64,000 nucleotides of DNA from Callorhinchus milii. Lineage: Eukaryota. The notes beneath the pieces are model-generated. The model was not told the DNA's origin, made no database searches, and saw only the letters and a list, made by a program, of their open reading frames with translations. Positions within the stretch are counted from its first letter, which is position 1. Each line of letters opens with the position of its first letter. The stretch is from the NCBI RefSeq assembly GCF_018977255.1, contig NW_024704742.1, positions 122,948,001-123,012,000 on the forward strand, given 5' to 3'. The translations under genes and the position numbers were made by a program. Shown here piece after piece: positions 25,406 through 38,704 of this stretch.

Positions 25406-25866
25406 CATTGACCAGTGTTGGTACAGCATGCAACGTTACAGATGTAAGCTGCTTGGATTCATATAATTTTCCTCCATTGGACAGTTTGCACACAAAAGGA
25501 CCAACTACACATGTGCCTGTTTTAATAGAAGAGTCACTTGGTTTGCCTACAAATGGTGATACAGACTGTCTAAATTTGTTTGAGACTGGATTCTACCATT
25601 CCGAATTAAACCAGATCAGCATGTGCAATGAAGACTCAGAAAGACCTGCAAAGCGATTGAAAATGGGGATCTCGGTTCCAGAATCTTTTATCAATGACGT
25701 TTCTGTAAATAACCTGGGTGTGGATTTTGAGAACCACACGCATCATATCACTAGTGCCAAAATGTCCGTATCAGTTGCGGATTTTAGCAACTTATCTGGT
25801 AGTGAAGCAAATGGCTTCATTAGTTCCCACACACTACATCAGCACACAGCTCTCCAATCAGAGTGA
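25406..25866 (+). CDS. MIER3: MIER3 exon 13 (terminal coding part)
   Basis: ...[11 protein letters not shown]...[13 protein letters not shown]...QSE TGA, MIER3-type C-terminus. Confidence 0.95.
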
Positions 25867-28800
25867 CTCCTGCATTGAAACTTCTCACAAAATAGTGGTT
25901 ATGCAGTAACAATGAACTTGGTGGGGAGCCATCGAGTTTAGGTCATTCACTGGAAGTTTGAATTTTTTTACTATGACGTCAGTGATGTCTTTTTCTTATA
26001 GAACCTAATCTTGATTTCTCAAGAGTTTAAATAGCCATTTATTTTCAGTCCCTGATAACATAGAAATTTCAGAGATTATGTTCGTACAGCAGAGTTTGGG
26101 ACTTCATTTGAACCTTCATGGTGCAGTCTTGAACACTCAAGCCTTTGCACCACCTTTGTAGCCAGTAGACAAAGGAGTCATTTCACCTTCTGATACCAAC
26201 AGTGGGGAACAATGGAAACAATGAAAATGGCTGCCTCAGCTCTACTATCTCAGTAGTTGGTACAGAGGAATATTAATGTTTACAGGTACCTAGCCTTGTC
26301 CCTGGCTAATGTAGCATTTCAGAAATGAACTGCAGCACTTCAACAAACAACAAGAAATTGCATTTATACAACGCCTTTCACTTTGGGAGGACGTCAGTGC
26401 AAAGACCTGCATAAACAACGCCTTCTCTCATCCATTGAATTGACACAAAGCAGAGCACTTCAGTTTACAGAGCCGTGAGTGCATCTTTTGGAAGAAAATC
26501 GATGGATGGAATAAAAGAGGGAAACCTGCAGGCATGCATGTGTCTAGCAAGAATTGGGTATGGCTGCCATCTGTGAACGGGTTGGAACTACTGCCAGATT
26601 TCTGTGTACTTTAAAAAGAAAACTCTTCAAGCTTTTATTGATTGGATTAAATATTGAATTTTGTGATATTGTATATTGATGTTTATTTTTTTTTAAAAGA
26701 CTTTAAAGATTGTATTATAGTGTATCTCAAACTACACAATGCATTGTATATCTTATGAGATTTCCTGGGGCAGCTGAAATAGTCTTGACACAACTTAGGA
26801 CTTGCCACTTAAGACACAATTCTGTTTGACAGTCTATCCAAGCCTCTTGCAGCAGTTCATCGTGTTTTGTATTGAATGCTGTGTCTATATCCTAGCAAAT
26901 ATAATACAGTAGAACCTTGACAAACAAGATTTAATTTAACACCTTTCTAATGCATTCCATTTTTTAAAAATTGGTCACAGTGTCAGTTTAAAGATTTTGG
27001 AATAAATAATTAAATTGAGGATTAAATATTGAGCTTTAGATTACTGACTTTCTTACCTTGTATACCTATCACCTTTTTTTAAAAGGCAGCCTTTTTGAAA
27101 ATCAAATAGTATTTGCAAGTGATTGTTTTTAACAATAGCTGAAAATTATCCATTAGTAAGGTACCTTTAGGAATTGCTCATTTATCTGATGTTTATGGAA
27201 AATTTCTGAATATCCTAAAAATACATACATTTTATATGTTTATGGTGCAAGAAGTATTCTGGGTTTCACGCTCTAATTCTTCAAATATATCTGCATATTT
27301 TTTCTTCCATTAACATAGATAATTAAAATTGTTTTCAGTGCATTAAAATATGTATGAAGGTGGTACAAAATACCAAAACCAATCGAGAAAGCTGCCTTTT
27401 CCTTTGTAATAATTTTGAGAAGGTTTTACTGTATTATGTTTGAGAATAATTTGCTGATAGTGTAAGTTACTTGAAGTGTGAAGAGGGTGGTATAGGCAAC
27501 ATAATGAACTGCTTTGGTATACTGTTTTGTAAATTTTATATTTATTGTATTTGAAAAGAACATCTCTCACAATCACCTGAAAAGGTGAATCTCTACACCA
27601 GGTTTGGCCCTAGTGGAATTAAATGCAGCAAAGGTGGTTTGAGAAGCTGGTTTGATTTTCTGTATAGATGAGCATGACTGTACAGCCATAATGTGTGGTG
27701 GTCTTTCAGTTAATATACAGGAATCTTGTACGATAGACAAAGCTATGGGTTCTAAAACAGTAAATAAAGACATAAAGGTACATGATACAGAAGTAACGGG
27801 TAGCCTCGGCTCTTGCCAGTATTGCGTGGAATTGTAACCCAAGTCATTAGCTTCTTGTAGCTGTGTTTATGTGCTGATCTATGCATTTGTCTCTTTTTTT
27901 TCTTTTTGATGTTAACTGCTCCTAGAAATGTACTCGTGGAAATGCTATACATATCTGTTCATTAGTATATTTGAGCATAACTGGATTTGCAAAGGCTAGT
28001 CTGTACATTGGTTGCACTTTTTTGAGAAATTTTTGAAAACCATTCCTAGTGCATTACAAATACAGAATTTAACTATGCATTCAGACTTTGTGAGTTCCCT
28101 TGGCAAACAGAAGTGTAGTTTTATTATTACAGGGTTTAATTAAAATTTTCATAGAATGGATTTGCCTGTGATTTTAAAACGCAACAGATGGAGAAAGCAG
28201 CCACGGGGGGAAACGGTGTGTGTCTCCCACATATTAGAATTTTTGGTTATTTTTAGTATTGGTTACTTGCTATCAATTTGACATAATTTGTTATTTTTTC
28301 TGAATTGGGTTTGGCATACGGAGCCTGAAGCTCGGTGGCAAAAATGCTAAACCAAGATCATTGAGATGTGTATGATACCGATAACCAAAACTAATACCAA
28401 ATGCTGATTGGAAACTGGTATTGTAGAATTTTGTAAATGTCCTTATTTTTTGTGTTCATATTAAACAGCGCAATAATTTGACAGAATGTAATTATGTAGA
28501 ATTTCTGCATATAGTAGATTTTTTTCAGTTTTTGGAAGTGTCATGAAATGATGCTTGATTTTTTTTCTAAACCAGAATCTTACCATTTAAACCACTGGGA
28601 TTTAGAATACCTTGCTGTTCAATGTCTAGCTTTGTTTAAAATGCTGGCCAAAGATGACTCTTGTTTTCCATTTCCATGTTGAGAAGTCAGTTCTATATAC
28701 TAATTCATTCAGAAGTGTAACTGGTGCTGCAGTGGATATAGCAATACTTTACCCAAGATGAGACCATGCTTGCACATTAGCATAAATGATAGCATCCTAA

Positions 28801-29455
28801 TGTAAACTGTTCCATTTACTTGAAGGTTGTATATGGCTAAAGAATATCGAAGTGCATACGATTAGGTCATTTAAAATTGTGCAATTTTTCCTTATTGGCT
28901 GGAGGTAAAGACCTGTATTGCAAAAAACCTCATTTGTCAAACTTAGTAATATTTATTTTTAACTAAAGTCTGTAGTTATGAATTTAAATTGCTCTTATTG
29001 AAAGCAAAATGGTGGCTAGTTGGCACTCTTTACTGTGGCAAGTTGTCCACAGAGGTTTGAACGGTTGAAGGGTCTGAACAGAAAAGGAAGTTTTGTACAA
29101 TGTGAAAACTCAAAGCAACCTGGTACTGGTAATCAATACAGAGTAAATGTTTTACATAAAAGAATAAACCACTGACAAAACAGTTCTGATAAAATAGTAC
29201 TACAGCTCCTCTTTACTGTATTGTTGCTGGATTAGTAATAGAACTGTCTGTGACTAAAATGGCCCAATTAGTGACAATCAAGACAGCATTTAGTTTTTGA
29301 AGATATTCATGGGGAAATCTCTAATGTTGCATTTGGTTTTAATATTTGTATATAAACACTGAAGGTTTTGTTCAGCATTATTTTGTACTTCTGTTGTACC
29401 TTGATATGTGGTGTACACCATTCCAGAAATAAAAGTCTGGAAATCTCACTTTTAT
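25867..29455 (+). other. MIER3: Probable MIER3 3' UTR (about 3.6 kb); poly(A) signal AATAAA 29428-29433
   Basis: Repeat-poor AT-rich stretch ending at AATAAA followed by T/GT-rich sequence; TGTATATA (Pumilio-type) at 29347-29354; true end needs transcript data. Confidence 0.55.
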
Positions 29456-30023
29456 TCTGATTAAGTGTAATTCAGTTGTTATTAATGAGACTTTCTATAA
29501 ATCAAAGACCATTGGTGACATAGCAGTTACAATGAAATAAAAATTGTGAATCTATCTAGACCATTTGTTATAGGTCACAATTGCTATCTATTATGATGGT
29601 CACTGCTGTGGTTATACCAATTGAGTGGTCTTACAGAAGGAAAAGAGTTGCTGATTAGAATAAGAGAGCCTAGGACTCTTTCTTTCAACTGGGTGATTGA
29701 CGTGCGGAAATTCATCCCCATGTTTAAGAGCGTCCAAACCAAACAGAATTCTACCTAAAACCGAAATTCCCATGTATTGAATGGAATGTGCACTTTCTCT
29801 GGATGGAGGGATCCTGCTTACTTAATTCCAGAGAGTATTAAACATTCAAGAACCAAGGGTTAGGCACCCCAAACTATTGGAATGAACCATCTAACACTGC
29901 ATAACCTGCCTTTGAAAACACTGGCAAACCTTCCTGGTGGTCTTTTTGCAGGGATCACCCTACTTGATAGGACTTTGGCTTGCAGGGTTAGCGGGAGCTA
30001 AAGTGAGAAGAATTCCTTCCCCC

Positions 30024-30430
30024 AACAACTTGCATTTATATAGCGCCCTTCATTTGGGGTAGAGTCTCGGAGTGTTTAAAAGTGGCAGAGCTTCACACCA
30101 AGCCAGGGAGCAAAGGTAGGTGACCATAGTTATTCTTGAAGTAGAAGGTGACATCTGAAGACTGGCAAGGAAGAGGGATTGAAGCAGTGGTGGGGAGGGA
30201 GGGTGTAGAGTGGTTTGTGGGGAGCAGGGCAGCAATGGAGTTTACGGGAGAAAGGAGAGGAAAGTTGGAATTGGGGCAGGTTTGCTCTTTGGGTTGGGTT
30301 TGCTGTTCTGGGACAGCCATCGATCAGTGCAATGAAAAATCCAGCAGAGGATGGCCAGATTGGAATAGAGAGGAGGTAAATTGGACCAGGAGGGAGAAAG
30401 GGTGGGAAGGGAGGGGCAGATGTGGGTGGG
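30024..30430 (-). mobile_element. Degenerate LINE2 3' fragment
   Basis: Starts with reversed tail caacaacttgcatttatatagcgcc. Confidence 0.6.
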
Positions 30431-32282
30431 ATTAGTGGAGAAGGGAGTTGAAGCAGGGACATTTTTGGGGGTGGGGGAGTTTGGGTCAGGGGCTAAATTT
30501 TCCTGAACTCCTGTTACTGCTAAGCCAGGCGTTATTGTCATCGCACAGCTCACAATATTTTATATTCTAGAAATGGACAATCCCTAATTTAGCAAAAAAA
30601 GTACTTTTTCCTGTAAACTGCAACATTCCATATAGGTATGGGAGCAGTGAAATTCATTCAGATCTCTTAATTCCTCTACAAACCAAGTATGTCCAGGGTA
30701 TCGATAGTAGAATCGAAAGGATAGTCCCAAAAGCATTGGAGCCGATTCTATACTATAACAACAACAAAATTACATTTGTATACCGCCTTTCACGTCGGGA
30801 GGACATCCCAAGGCGGGGTGAGCAAGCAGGGAGATCAAAAGCATGGTCGAAGAGGAGGGTCTTGAGGTGGGTCTTAATGGTGGCGAGGGAGTTTCCCTTA
30901 AAAATACTAGTTTCCCCATATGTTTAAAGCAAACAATTCCTGTTTCTGTGGAGACTTTTCTTTGTAATAAATCCTATTGGTTTTATTAACATATCGAGAG
31001 GGGTTGAAAGCAGATATATTCCTTAATTCATGCAGCACTTAGTCATCATTAAGAAACTAGGAGTTTTTTTAAAAAAAAATCAACTGCTGTTAAAAATATT
31101 AGAGATTGCGGTCATTAGGAACAGTTACCATTTCAAAATGAAAATCCCCAAGATACTGACTTTCAAATTCAGAATCCAAGCATCCTTTTCTGCTGTTTTA
31201 AGGTTAGTTTATATCGCATCCATCCAAGAGTAGATCTTAACATTCATGATAATATTCCTTGCATTTGGTATAGTGCCTTTCATGTCAGGAAGACATTCCA
31301 AAGTGCTTTACAGGATATAATGTATTGTAAAGTGGAGTTTCACAGGTGAATGCAGCAGCCAATTTGCACACAGCAATGTCCAATGAAAAGAATGACCAAT
31401 TTTATTCAGGGGATTCTTGGCCCAGATCGGGAGAGGCTTCCTATCTCTTTTTGAATTCTGTCAATGGATGGCATCTCCAACAGAGCAGCAAAGCCTTGTG
31501 TCTGTTTAGATTACATGAGATCCAAGTCCCAGCGTGGAGCGAGTGTAATCACAAATGCGCACTGCTTTATCTCACCTAAAGGACAATGAAGATTGCAGAG
31601 GGAACACAGCTTAATCAACCCAAGTAATCATCTCCGTACCAGCCAAGAGTCCCAGAAAGCAAAATAACTGCCTGATCCAGTGCTCTATTTCTCTCCATGT
31701 ATATGTTGGCTGGCACCCTGGATCTGATCCCATCTCTCTATCTTTCATTTTATTTTTCCTCATTTTTATTCCATTTTCTGTTTTGCAAGACATGTGCGGA
31801 GACTCTAATTGTGCGGAGTTAACTTGTTTTATATTCCCCTCCTCATCCAAGTTACTCCTGAATTTCAGATTAAGTGCCTCGTGACATTATGGACATGCCT
31901 GACACATGCTTATCCGCTGTGTTTGCCTATGTAATATTCATTTTATTTCCAAGCAATTGTATTTGTAAAGTCCTTTGAAATACTATATTTGTTTGCTTAA
32001 AAGTTACTATAGAAATACAAGTCAAGATTAATATTAAACATCAACTCTAGACAGCCACTGGGTGGCAGCAGTCTTCCCAATCATACGAGCCCGTCTTTGC
32101 ATTTAATATAGCACCTTTCACATCAGGAAGAGTCTCAAAGTGTTTTAGAGAATTTACTGCAGTGACTGTATTTTTGTGAGCGAACCTATGGAGGTTTCTG
32201 TTTTGTCGTTTGATAACTTTTGATCTTTTACTCCTTTTTGAATTGAAAATGTCGCCCTTATCTATAGTTGTTCCTTTTAATT

Positions 32283-32565
32283 ATAATATTCCTTGCATTT
32301 GATACAACACTTTTTGCATCTTCTAGATGTCTCAAAGTGCTTCAGAGAATATACTGTAAAGTGAATTGACTGTATTTTTGTGGGCAAAACGTGGAAGCCA
32401 AACGCACACAGCAGTGTCCCACAAACAGTCGTGGATTGAGTTGAGTGACCAAATTATTATTTTTTTCTTGAGGGATTTTTATCAGGCATGTGGAGTAAGG
32501 AAACTTGCCCAAGGTTTTGCCGTGCCGAGAATCGAACCCAGGTCTTTCGCTTGTGAGAGACAGGA
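32283..32565 (-). mobile_element. tRNA-SINE, 5'-truncated
   Basis: Tail, body and part of tRNA head. Confidence 0.85.
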
Positions 32566-33214
32566 CGCCAGACTTTTGTTTGATAGTTGTTTTCTGAGCT
32601 GGATCTGATGAAGTACAGTGAAATTTGCTCGCTCCCTCCCCTAGAGAATTTACTTCTTGATCAAGATTAAGGCCTCCATCATCAATGTTTGGGATTCTCC
32701 CAATGGATTATTTACTTCTCTTGATGGCATTAAGAGGTTGAGACTTAATTAATTTACTAATTTTCTTAGTGAACTGCAAATGTGAGTATGAAATCCCATC
32801 TGTAAGGAATTGTTGCCTGAACAAAATGGGTAGGGAGCTCTGTTATAATTAGTCCCCAAGACCTTGCCCCCCTCGTTGATCTAGTCTTGGTTTCAATAAT
32901 ATTAATTATTATTAATAATATTATTATTAATATTAGTTATTCTTGAGAAATGCCTATTACTGAAAAATGCCCCCCAAAAGTCAAAATGCTTGTCTTATAT
33001 TCTAGATGCAGCAAGAATAGCTGTGTTTTGGGGTTCTTTACTTCCAAAAAGTATGTTTTTAAGATAGTCATTCAGCCTGCAGTTAAAATGTTCTTCAGGA
33101 CATTAGAAACATTTTGATGAAAGCCTTTGGGAATAATCTCCTCACATCTAAGGTACGGGGTGAGCGACACTCAAGAGAAATGTGGTGGAAAGCACAAATG
33201 TTGGCAGCTTATAT

Positions 33215-34151
33215 AATAAATAAATAATAATCCTTGCATTTGATATAGCGTTTTGCATGTCTTCTAGACGTCTCAAAGCGCTTCACAGAATATACTGTAA
33301 AGTGAATTGACTGTATATTTGTGGGCAAAACTTCTTCCACCTCCGACGCATCGCCCCTCTCCGCTAATACCTCCCTCCGAAAGCCGCTGAAACCCTGGTC
33401 CATGCCTTTGTCACCTCTTGGCTGGACTACTCTAACGCCCTCCTCGCCAGCCTCCCTTCCACTACCATCCATAAAATCCAGATTATACAAAACTCTGCCG
33501 CCCACATTCTCACCTGCACCAAACTCCGCTCCCCAATTACCCGTCCTTGCCAGACTGCACTGGCTCCCTGTCCCAGAGAGGATTGACTTCAAGATCCTCA
33601 TCCTTGCATTCAAATCCCTCCACTCCTCTGCACCCCCTACCTCTCTGACCTCCTCTCTCCTCAAAACAGTGCCCGTTGCCTTCGTTCCACTGGGTCTGGC
33701 CTCCTCCTCGTCCCAAGTCCTCCGCTCCACCCTCGGCAGCCGTGCCTTCAGCCACTAAGCTCCGAGGCTCTGGAACTCCCTTCCTCACTCCCTTCGTTTC
33801 TCCCTCTCTTCCTATTTTCAGGTCTCGGCTGAAGACCTTTCTTTTCGACCGCACCTTCCTCCCCCTGGCTCGATCCCAGGATCCATTACTGTGAAGCGCT
33901 CTGAGATGCCATCCGGCGTGGAGGGCACTATATAAATCCAAGTTGTTGTTGAAACGCGGCAGCCAATTGCGCACAGCAGTGCCTCACAAACAGTTGTGGA
34001 TAGAGTGACCAAATCATTATTGTTTTTTTTCTTAAGGGATTATTATCAGGCGTGTGGAGTAAGGAAACTTGCCCAAGGTTTTGCCCTACCGGGAACAAAC
34101 CCAGGTCTTACTTGCGAGGCGAGTGCTTTAACCACTGAGCTACAGGACTCC
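33215..34151 (-). mobile_element. Full-length tRNA-SINE split by an opposite-strand LINE2 3' fragment (33332-33950)
   Basis: SINE halves join as GTGGGC[G/A]AAACGCGGCAGCC; L2 encodes LARLHWLPVPERIDFKIL. Confidence 0.88.
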
Positions 34152-34309
34152 ACATCCAAGAGGTAAGAATTTGATTAAAATCCCCACCTATAATTGGAAT
34201 AAGAGACACATGTGGGACCAAAACAAGTAAAAGGCGTATAGAACCTTTCATAAAGTAATGAGAGCACCAGTCAAATTGGCAGAGGCTAGAATAAAGTGGA
34301 TCTGTTCAC

Positions 34310-34655
34310 TGAGCACATTCATACTAAGTATGTTCTCCCAGTGGAGGCTTTCATTCTCTTCACAGAACACTTGAAATCTTAAAGGATTGTGATCAGGTGG
34401 AATAAATAGATTTGGAAGAAGAACCTCTTCTCGCAGAAAGTTGTGAAGTTATGAAACTGTTTGCTGAGTGGCTGTTAGAGCAAGTCAGTACGGCATTTAA
34501 AAAACACAGACAAGCACAAGCAGATATAGTGTTAGAAGTTATGGAAAGAGCAGGGAATTGGGATTAGGACGAATGGCTTCTTGGAGAAGCAAACACCAAC
34601 ACACAAAATGTGCCAAATGGCTTTATGCTGTGTCACACACTTCTATGGTTCTTCA
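34310..34655 (+). mobile_element. CR1 LINE 3' end, degenerate
   Basis: RRTSSRRKL/FSQKVV-like remnant and TTCTATG tail. Confidence 0.55.
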
Positions 34656-34674
34656 ACAACGGCTTGTATATTGC

Positions 34675-35516
34675 TTGATGAGAGTTAACTTTCTTCAGTT
34701 GAACATCATCAAGACCGAGGCTCTCCTGATTGGCTCCTGTCAGCGCCTCCTCACCTCAGTCGCTGACAGCATCACCATCCATGGTTGCACACCCACCTTG
34801 CTAAGCCAGTCGGGACCTTGGGGTCTTGTGCGACCCTCAACTATCCTTTCTACCCCACATCTGCACCATGACCCGCTCTGCCTTCCCCCACCTCCGCAAC
34901 ATCACCCGGGTCTGACACTGTCTCACATCGCAGGCCGCCGAAACCCTCATACATGCCTTCATTACATCGAGGCTCAACTATGCAAACTCACTGCTTGTCG
35001 GCCTCCCCAACTCCTCCCTCCACAGGCTGCAGATCATCCAGAACTTTGTAGCCCGTGTCCTCTCCCGCACCAGGCTCCGTGACCCCATCCTGGCCCAAGT
35101 CTACTGGCTTCCCATCACACAGAGGATACAGTTCAAGATCCTGGTCCTCACCTTCAAAGCCCTCCAGTCTTGCTCCCCCTACCTCTGTGGCCTCCTAACC
35201 CCCTTCCATCCTGTTCGCTCCCTCCACTTAGCGGGCTCTGGCCTGCTTCACGTCCCCCAATTGCTCGCCCCACTATTGGCGGGCGGGCCTTCCGCCACTC
35301 TGCACCCACTCTCTGGAACTCCATCTTGCAGTCTCTCCCTCGCCACCTTCGAGACCCTCCTCTTTGACCGTGCTTTCGATCTCCCTGCTTCCCCCGCTGC
35401 CCTTCCTCCTCCCCCACCCCGTCCCTCAACTCAGGTCCGTAACTCTGTCTGTCCAGTGCCTTGGGACGTCCTCCAGATGTGAAAGGCACTATACAAATGT
35501 AATTTTGTTGTTGTTG
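34675..35516 (+). mobile_element. LINE2 3' fragment with internal deletions
   Basis: NFLQLNIIKTE, GGRAFRHSAPTLWNS; (GTT)n tail. Confidence 0.85.
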
Positions 35517-36286
35517 TATTTATACAGAGCCCTTCATGAGTAGCGTCTCGGAGCATTCTACGATATTGGAACAGATACCTGCAAGAGGTGGTTCTAAGAC
35601 CAGCATACACGATGAGCCGAATGGTCTTCTGGACTGTGAACATTCTGTGATTGGAAATGCCTCTCCAAGAGGAAGGCAATATCTGTGCAGATCGTGGGAC
35701 ACTGGCTCAAAATGCCGATTGATTGTGCAAAGAGTGCTATCCAGAAGTCCTTCCAAAGTAAAAAACAATGAAGTGCTTACTGAAGGTTTCATGTTATATA
35801 AAGTACATCACAGCCCTATTATTGCTTGGTGGTGGCTTGGGAGGGGGTTCACAAAATGCCAGCCACCTTATAATGGGATACTGATCGCAACACAGCTGCT
35901 CTCGCCTTGTGCTGCTCTATTAGAATTTGGATCCTCATGTCACGATTTGCAGTGTGATGACACGATTTCCATCTTCAAGTAACAAAACATCGAAGAATCA
36001 CACTCACCGTTGTGGTTTTATTCTCCTTGCCATCAAATTATATAAATGGAGCCTTTCCTCCCCATTTAGTGTCTAGAATTAAATTAATTTTGAACTAAAA
36101 GTTGCATCTGCTCTAAAAGGATTGTATTTATTTTCAAGATAACACCAGGCCTATAAATGTCTGTACAGCGCACCACCTAGAAGGTTGTATTGTGGTGGAA
36201 TAATTGAGAGTAAAAGGTCAATCTCTGAAATATGAACCTTCACATCGGTTGGCACAATGGTGAAACAAGGAGTTTGTCCAGGTTTA

Positions 36287-36374
36287 TCAGTGGACGATGG
36301 TGTAGTAATTAGAAAATAGCTCTTCCCCATTCTCAATGTCTCTGAGTGCCACAAGAACCACACATCTCAGCGGC
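36287..36374 (-). CDS. SETD9: SETD9 exon 6 (terminal)
   Basis: PLRCVVLVALRDIENGEELFSNYYTIVH TGA. Confidence 0.95.
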
Positions 36375-36593
36375 CTGTAATGAAACACAAAAAGTCAAAT
36401 ACAAGAGATAGAGATAAAACATTTAATTGAGTGTAGTGCAAACAGTAACTCGGAATAGGGCCAATAATAAGTGAGAGTAAGTACACAGTTGGTGTAGTGT
36501 TAAGTCTTTCAGTAAGCAAAGTACTTTGATTCTGCTTTCATAAGCATAAGATAGATCATAAGCGTAGAAAACTTTGCCAATGGATATAACATG

Positions 36594-36812
36594 GAGCCTA
36601 ATAATAATCCCTCCAAAAACCCAAAACAATAATAAATTGGTCATTTTCAATCTACGACTGTTTGTGGGACATTGCTGTGCGCAATTGGCTGCCGCGTTCG
36701 CCCACAAATATACAGTCAATTCACTTTACAGTGTGTTCTGTGAAGCGCTTTGGGATGTCCTCCCGACGTGAAAAGCGCTATATCAAATGCAAGGATTGTT
36801 GTTGTTGTTGTT
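36594..36812 (+). mobile_element. SINE 3' two-thirds with (GTT)n tail
   Basis: Body nearly identical to young copies. Confidence 0.88.
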
Positions 36813-37049
36813 GCTTTCAGATAATAATAGCAACTCAAAATGACTCAGTAGGCTCACCGCTGTGTAGCTGCTAGAAAAAACACAAATACAGGTACAGAAG
36901 GCACACAGTTGTGAGACTTCAACAAGGAACTGAGATCTCACCTCATTGGAAGAAACATGATAAGCGCCCTTGTGGGCAGCACTGACTATGCTAAATTGCT
37001 GTTTTGATGCCATTGTGACAAAACATTGTTCGAATCCACTGAAACTAAC

Positions 37050-37155
37050 CTCTCTACATCATGACCATAGTTGGCGTTTGGGATGTACTGAAGCAGTTCT
37101 ATAGGAAAGGCCTCAGGCACATCAAACTCCTGATAACATACATTGGCTGCTTTCT
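37050..37155 (-). CDS. SETD9: SETD9 exon 5
   Basis: KAANVCYQEFDVPEAFPIELLQYIPNANYGHDVE. Confidence 0.95.
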
Positions 37156-37583
37156 CTGAAACACAAGAAACACTTAAAGGATTAGTTCTTATTCAAACAC
37201 ACCAATGACATAAATTTTATTTCCCTCAATTTCAGAATACTTAGTACTAAGAAACTCTAACAATAATAATCTACATTTTGGCAGAAATATTTTCTGTACA
37301 GTGTGAGAAGGAATCTTATTCACACCAAGTAGGATTCCGGTATTTGGCCATAAACGTTTCTGATATTGAATATCATTCAATGTATTTGCCTCGCATCCGT
37401 TAACAATGCAATCTGGTTTTCACATTTTTTTAGTGGAATCAGGCAATAAAAATTGTACATCACTGTTGTACTCGTGCCTTTCAATTAATTTCTTCACCAA
37501 ATAACTAAACAGTTCCCTCTTGCATTTGCTGATACATGTATGTAGCAATATATTTTACAGGGATTAAAAGGAGCATTACATAC

Positions 37584-37699
37584 CGTTAGAACAGTTGTTG
37601 ACGTACTGACCCACAGCCAATGGATTGAGTGGGGACTCTGTGAGCCAAGTCACATCACTTGTTTTATACGGGCCAAGCCTGTCCCGCCTACTGCATGAT
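37584..37699 (-). CDS. SETD9: SETD9 exon 4
   Basis: SCSRRDRLGPYKTSDVTWLTESPLNPLAVGQYVNNCSN; ag/gtatgt. Confidence 0.95.
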
Positions 37700-38108
37700 C
37701 TAAACATTGGGAACAGAAACTAAGAAAATATAACAATAATCTTTGCATTTGATTAATTAACTTAGTTAATTAATGCCTTAGTATATTGTTGAAAACTCAA
37801 AGCGCTTCACAGGACTTTACGGTGAAGTGAATGTGTATTTGTGGGTGAAAATATGCTGCATATGCAATTACTACAAGAAATCTAAGTTAATAAATCCTTC
37901 CCCAATATGTTGCACACGTTTTGTTCTGATGTAAAGTTTGCAGCACCAGACACAGATTTTTTAAAATAACAGCTTAAAGGCAGAGGTAGAGCACATTACA
38001 GCTCTGAGACACTGTGTCACTGAGGGCTAAGATACAATTTCACCCAACAGTGTGTTTATTATGTATGGAGCAATATATTTCACAGGGATTAAAAAGGGCA
38101 CCACGTAC

Positions 38109-38199
38109 CATTAGAACTGTTGTTGGCGTACTGACCTACAGCCAATGGATTGATTAGGGACTCTGTATGCCAAGTCACATCACTTATTTTATATGAACC
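38109..38199 (-). pseudogene. Partial duplicate (pseudo-exon) of SETD9 exon 4 in intron 3
   Basis: Encodes GSYKISDVTWHTESLINPLAVGQYANNSSN with gtacgt donor; lacks the 5' part and acceptor AG. Confidence 0.9.
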
Positions 38200-38704
38200 G
38201 ATTTACATGTGTTAATCCATGGTTCAAACATAATAATAATCCTGGCATATGATATAGCGCGTTATCACGTCTTCTAGACGACTCAAAGAGCTTTGAATGG
38301 ACCACACACTTAATGGACTCCAGAAATCTAGCAGTCAGACTTACTCTCATTATTGCATACAGTACATCTCGTACTCTCTCTCTCTCTCTCTCACTTGTAT
38401 TGCATTTTAACTGTGCCCAAAACCAGCGAGGAAAATGATCTGAGTATTTTGGGAGAGAAACTCAGTTGTTCACTGAGAAAAATACATGTTGTAAATGAAG
38501 CAGTTTATGTTATCTTAATCGTTTGCAAATGCTGAACCAAAATGAAACCAAAAATAAAACAATTAAAATTAAAGAGCCATGTACTGATGTGCTGACATTT
38601 CTGCTTTTTTACTGCAATGTACTTCTGCAGTTATCAAAAGCAAAACAAATCTTTTCAAAGTTCAGAAAAAATGTCATTGCATCTGGGAAGCAAACAAAAC
38701 GTAC

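Noticed and set aside
35536..35982. 148-aa ORF downstream of SETD9
   Set aside because: No recognisable domain, splice structure or promoter; adjacent to an L2 tail
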